A DNA stretch of 64,000 nt from Sminthopsis crassicaudata (Eukaryota): positions 251,476,055-251,540,054 of the forward strand of contig NC_133622.1 in NCBI RefSeq assembly GCF_048593235.1. Reading direction: 5' to 3'. The notes beneath the pieces were generated by a model, which worked only from the letters and a program-made list of their open reading frames with translations, did no database searches and was not told where the DNA came from. This document shows positions 59,560 through 64,000 of this stretch, piece by piece. The position numbers and the translations under genes were made by a program. Positions within the stretch are counted from its first letter, which is position 1, and every line of letters starts with the position of its first letter.

Positions 59560-60639
59560 GCAAGTCTTGGCAGGTTGCAATGTGGGGCCAAAGCTGTGCA
59601 AATGGGAAGTTTGTTAGGAATAAATGTAAAGTCTCTGACTCGGGTCCAAAACATCAGCCACACAGAGAGAAGAGGGAAGCCCAAGTTCCACAGTGAGGTG
59701 TCCATGAGAAATACCCGGGGGGTATTTTGTGGATTGTAGTCAGTCTCAGCAGTCTACTGTGACCACTGGCAAAAGCTCATGGGATTGTAGATGGCATCAA
59801 AAGGCATAGGATGTTAGACAGCGAGAATAACAATCTCTGTATTATTTAGAAGCATTTCTTAAATGTCGACTGCACCAAGAACAGTGCTGGGCACTGGGGA
59901 GAGAAAAGGGAAAAGGGAATAGCTGCCATGTTGGTGAGTGATTAGTCTGGTTGGGAGAGACAGCGATGACAGGTACAGAAAGAGGCATAAACAAATAGAT
60001 AGAAAACGTGGAGTCTGATGGGGAGAACCCCGGACAGCCTCTATTTTGGGAGAAGGCTCCATCTTCCACGCCAGTCCTCATCTCTCATTGGTGAGGGTCA
60101 TTTTGGAGAGGGGCCTGGGTGACCAACTTTTCTGACCCTCCTGTCCTGTCCTGTCCTGTTTCTGACTTCCTGGACTTGGCCGCCATTATGCCGAGAGCAG
60201 GAAAGGTTACTCCTTCTGCTTTGGACCCGTTGAGTTGGAGTACCGAGTTTGAAATGCCCAGTGGGAGACGAGGGCTGGGTGTGGGAATCCAGGAGGCCCG
60301 GACCCACGAGCTCGGCCATGACACCGGAGCGGAAAAGCGCTGAGGCCCGAAGCTCTCCGGCCTGGTCAGGAACCCGAGCCTCTGCAGGGACTCCTTCACT
60401 GTGGGTCTTTCCTTCCCTGGTTTGAGGAGGTGGCAGAGGACACCTTGACCATTTCCCTGGGCCTCAGCTGCTTGTGCAGCGGATGTTAGAGTCATCTGCC
60501 CCCGTGGGCCTCTTCGGGCTCAAAGGTGCCACCTCTAGAATGAGGGGACGGGGCCTCGGATTGGACCATCACCAAGGTCCCTCCCACCATTCTACATATG
60601 TGTCCTGTTCTCTCCTAGCCCTGACATCCTAAGCTCCGT

Positions 60640-61300
60640 GTCCGCGGTGCCTCCTTGCCGGACGTTCCAGTTCTGGGTTCTAAGCCCTCAGGTTCCAGGC
60701 CCCAGTCCCAGGTCCCTCCCAGCGCTCGCGCTGCCCGCCTCCCCCCTCTCTCTGCGGCGCCGGCGGCCCTCCGCTCCGCGCTCCCCCTCCCGATCCCGAC
60801 GGGCGGGGGAGGGGTCCCAGTGACGTCACGCTCCTCCCCGCTCTCTCCCCCTCCCGCGGCCTCGCGCTCTTCTTGCCTATTTTGGAAGCGGAGCCGCAGC
60901 CCCGCCGCCGAGCGCGCGCCGCGAGCCGCCTTTTAAAGGCAACGGGCCTCGCGGCTCCCCCGCCCTCCCTGGCGCCGGGGCCCAGGCCAAGCCAGGCGAG
61001 CGGAGAGGAGCTGGGGAGCCCGCGCCGGCCCCTCCCCTCCCTGGCCCGCGCGCCCCAGCTTCTCGCTCCCGAGGCTCTTGAGGCACGCGGAGATCCTCAG
61101 TGCGCTTGGAGATCCTCTCGGGCCGAAGCCAAAGCGCGCCTGCAGGTGAGGAGAGAACGCCGGCCGGCTCCTCCCGCCCTGTGGCGCCCCAGCCTCGGCC
61201 GGGGGCGGGGTGGCCGGCGGGGGCCCTGCCAAGCCCCATCCCGAGCCCCCCGGCCGCCCCCGGCCGCTCTAGCGCAGCCTAGAACCCGGGACCTTTTTTA
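60640..61300 (+). promoter_or_regulatory. Orphan CpG-island promoter/enhancer with CRE, CArG and TATA-like elements
   Basis: GC box ~60801-60810, TGACGTCA 60821-60828, CCTATTTTGG 60876-60885, TTTTAAA 60931-60937, donor CAG|GTGAGG at 61145/61146. Confidence 0.75.
60960..61145 (+). ncRNA. Putative non-coding first exon (lncRNA/eRNA or distal NPAS4 5' exon)
   Basis: ATG-free GC-rich stretch between a TATA-like element and a consensus 5' splice site. The start is inferred at ~25-30 nt after the TATA-like element. Confidence 0.4.
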
Positions 61301-61964
61301 GAGCCCCTGTCTCAGGTGACTTTCTGGAGCTTCAGGGCTGGAAGGGACTTCGGCCCCTCATCTGACCCCCCGGAAGGAAAGGCCTCAGCCACGCAGGCAG
61401 AATCCGGGCCGGGGCTGCTGGCTTTCCCGGCATGCCGGGCGGGAGAGAGCGCCGGCCTGGGAGCCGGTTCCGGGGCCCACCTCACCAGCGACATCTCCCC
61501 TCAGGGAGTCTCAGTTTCCTTTCCTGACACCCACATCACGGGGTAGGAGGGAAAGTGCCCTTGCCCTTGCCTGGAACGCTCCACATTCGGGAGCTGTTAA
61601 TGTTGTTCCCAGTTTTCTCCCCACTGACCTCCAGGTACCACCTCTGGGCAGCCCCGGGAGAGACGCCACCCTTTGGATATCATTGCTCTCCGGGGTACCT
61701 CTGAGCCTCCCACCAGCCTCGAAAAGAGCACTACGGCAGATTACTGCCGTTTCCTCCATTTTACAGGGAGGTAAACTGAGGCTCAGACGAGTCAGGGAGT
61801 AAGAGGGAAGGCCAGGCCTGGAAGCCAGATCTCCCAGCTATCATTGGAGGGCTCCTTCTGTCCTCGGGCTTTAGAACAAGATTAGGATCTGGGGTCCTGG
61901 GGCTTGCTTCTTTAAACTTTTGATCATTGTATTGCAGCATAATTAGTGTTTTTCCAGTTTGGTT

Positions 61965-62090
61965 TTGTTTTGGCAATTGAGGTTAAGTGACTTGCCCAGA
62001 GTCACACAGCCAGGAAGTATTGTGTCTGAAATCAAATTTGAACTCAGGTCCTCCTGACTTCAGGGCTGGTGCTCTAACCACTGCTGCCCC
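61965..62090 (-). mobile_element. WSINE1-type SINE (a truncated copy also lies at ~57805-57905)
   Basis: GGTTAAGTGACTTGCCCAGAGTCAC...TTTGAACTCAGGTCCTCCTGACTTCAGGGCTGGTGCTCTAACCACTGC. Confidence 0.85.
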
Positions 62091-64000
62091 ATTCTGTTTG
62101 TTTTTATAGTATGATGCTTTAAGACCAGCAAAGTGCTTTACCAATGTTAGCTCCTCAAAAGTACCCAGAGAAGTACGTGCTGGTATCATCCCCATTTTAC
62201 AGATGAGAAAATCCAGGATCTCACAGCTAGCAAATGTCTGTGCCTGGATCTGCATCCTCCCTGACTTTAGGTCAGAACTCTATTTACTGCCCCGGCCAAT
62301 TGCCATGCATTAAAATTCAAATTTTATCCTTTAAGAAAAATAAAATAAATCAATTTAAATGTGATGCCTTTAAAAGGAAAATAAAATTCCTGAAAAGGAA
62401 TCTCTAGTTTGCCCCAGACTCACTGTCCAAGTGATTCAGTTTGCAGAAAAGGTTAAGGCCTCCGATAGAGAGAGAAGTGGAGCTGGAGCTCTCTGGAGGG
62501 AAAAGGGAAAAGCAGAATTGCCTCTAAGTCTCTTTCGATGATTGCTATGACCTCTATCTTCCTGTAGTCTTCCCTTCCCTAAAAGGCTCTGCTCAGACTC
62601 GTCTTCTTTGGACAGTTCCCATGATCCTCTAGCCATCTTGGATTTTCTCAGAACAACCTGCTGGATCTTCCTCACTTGCTGTCTGTTAGGCCCTAACCCA
62701 CACAATCCCAGAATCCCAGAGTAGAAAGGAACTGTCATTGCTTCAAAACTCTGCCTTGTACCTGAAGGGCAAACATCGGTGTGGAGCATACCCAAAATCT
62801 ATCCTTATTTCAAGTGGTGGGAACCCTGGCTCTAAACCCAGAGGGTGTGGGTTCAGATCTCTACCGCCCCCTCCCCCCTGATCTTATAAACAGTTGGAAC
62901 TATAGACCTTAGTATCTTCATTTCTGAAAATCAGGAGGCTCATCTGAATGGCCTGGCAGGGTCTCTGATGCTCTAGATCTGTGTTCCTCACTTCCCTCCC
63001 CCCGCCAGGCAGTTTCATGAGCCCAGGTACTGTCATTCTGCGTGGGGCACACAGTGGGTACTTACATTGAACTCAGTTTATCACAGCCCAAGTTTGTCTT
63101 GTATATTCTGTCCAGGGGAGATACTCGGCCTTTCCTGAATTAGAACAGGGGGAAGAAGAGCGCAGTAGATGTGATTTTTTTCTTCAGGAGCAAGGAATGA
63201 TGGACTCATCTTCTTGGAGATGAGAAAGGCTGGGACGTGAAGCTACAGACCATGTTCTACAGACTGTGGCCTGGAAAGAGCCACCTCTGGAGTCAGTTAT
63301 AGCTAGCCTTTGCCATGGGGATTTGCTCCATGCCCTTTCCATCCAGAAAGGGAAGTTCCTCCCCTGGGCAGCAGTGCTCAGGGTCCATGGGTCAGAGAAG
63401 GGCAGTGTCCCACAGCGCCCTCAAAGCTGCTATCACCGTCATGGCCCCCTGAATCCCCTCATTACCTCAATCCGTCCGAGGGGGCTTGGCCTGGGCCATA
63501 CTCTTAAGCAAGACCCAGGGGATTGCAAGTCACGGCAGAGTAGCTGTAGCGGTCCAAAGGTTTCCCAATCGTTTGCTTCCCGGCGGCCCTGGAAAGTAGG
63601 GAATACATTGGGAAGTCACTAAGGCACTGAGAGGGGAAAGGAGCTCTTGTTTGCTTCAAACAAACAGGAAGTCAGGTAGATCGCAGTGAGCTGCTACTTC
63701 CTGATGCTGTAGAGAAGAAGAAATATGTTCAGAGACTGCCAAAAGCTCAGCTGGAGCTGGAAGGAGCCTCGGCAGCTACAAGCCCAACCTTATTTTGTTT
63801 CTGCTGTCCCCCACGATCTGTCCCTTACTCAGAGCCCTCCAGTGTGGGGAGCCCACCCTTGTCCGGGCAGCTCCCTCTTTGGACAGTTCTTGTGGTTGAA
63901 GAGAAGCCCCTGAGTCCAGGCCTTCCCAGGGCGGCGCCATTTTGAATTCAGCCCTCCAGGCCGGCACCTGCACGGGGTGGGATCTGGGCTGGCGGTGGTA

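Noticed and set aside
60873-61301. NPAS4 (or CD248) coding sequence
   Set aside because: No bHLH-PAS N-terminus (MYRSTKGASK...) and no C-type lectin signal-peptide ORF in any frame; these syntenic neighbours lie outside the window.

Overview
Eukaryotic, GC-rich, gene-dense segment of a marsupial genome. WSINE1/MAR1-type CORE-SINEs and marsupial L1 3' ends point to an Australian marsupial, most likely a dasyurid. The gene order matches the human 11q13 block. Four intact protein-coding genes lie on the minus strand: RIN1 (10 coding exons), BRMS1 (8 confident coding exons plus an ambiguous last exon), B4GAT1 (2 exons) and SLC29A2/ENT2 (12 coding exons). A plus-strand tRNA-Ser(GCT) gene sits in the B4GAT1 CpG island. 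From about 36 kb to 60.6 kb the window is intergenic and repeat-rich: SINEs, nested L1s, solo LTRs, a 1.7-kb GT-derived minisatellite and three N gaps. Near 60.8-61.15 kb is an orphan CpG-island promoter with immediate-early architecture (CRE, CArG box, TATA-like element, splice donor). It faces the side where NPAS4 would be expected by synteny; no NPAS4 or CD248 coding sequence is in the window. Other highlights are a probable U12-type intron in BRMS1, a minisatellite carrying about 20 AP-1 sites, a promoter VNTR at SLC29A2 and a possible C-terminal extension of BRMS1. Exon boundaries were derived by hand from GT/AG signals, phase continuity and recalled human protein sequences; no database search was run.
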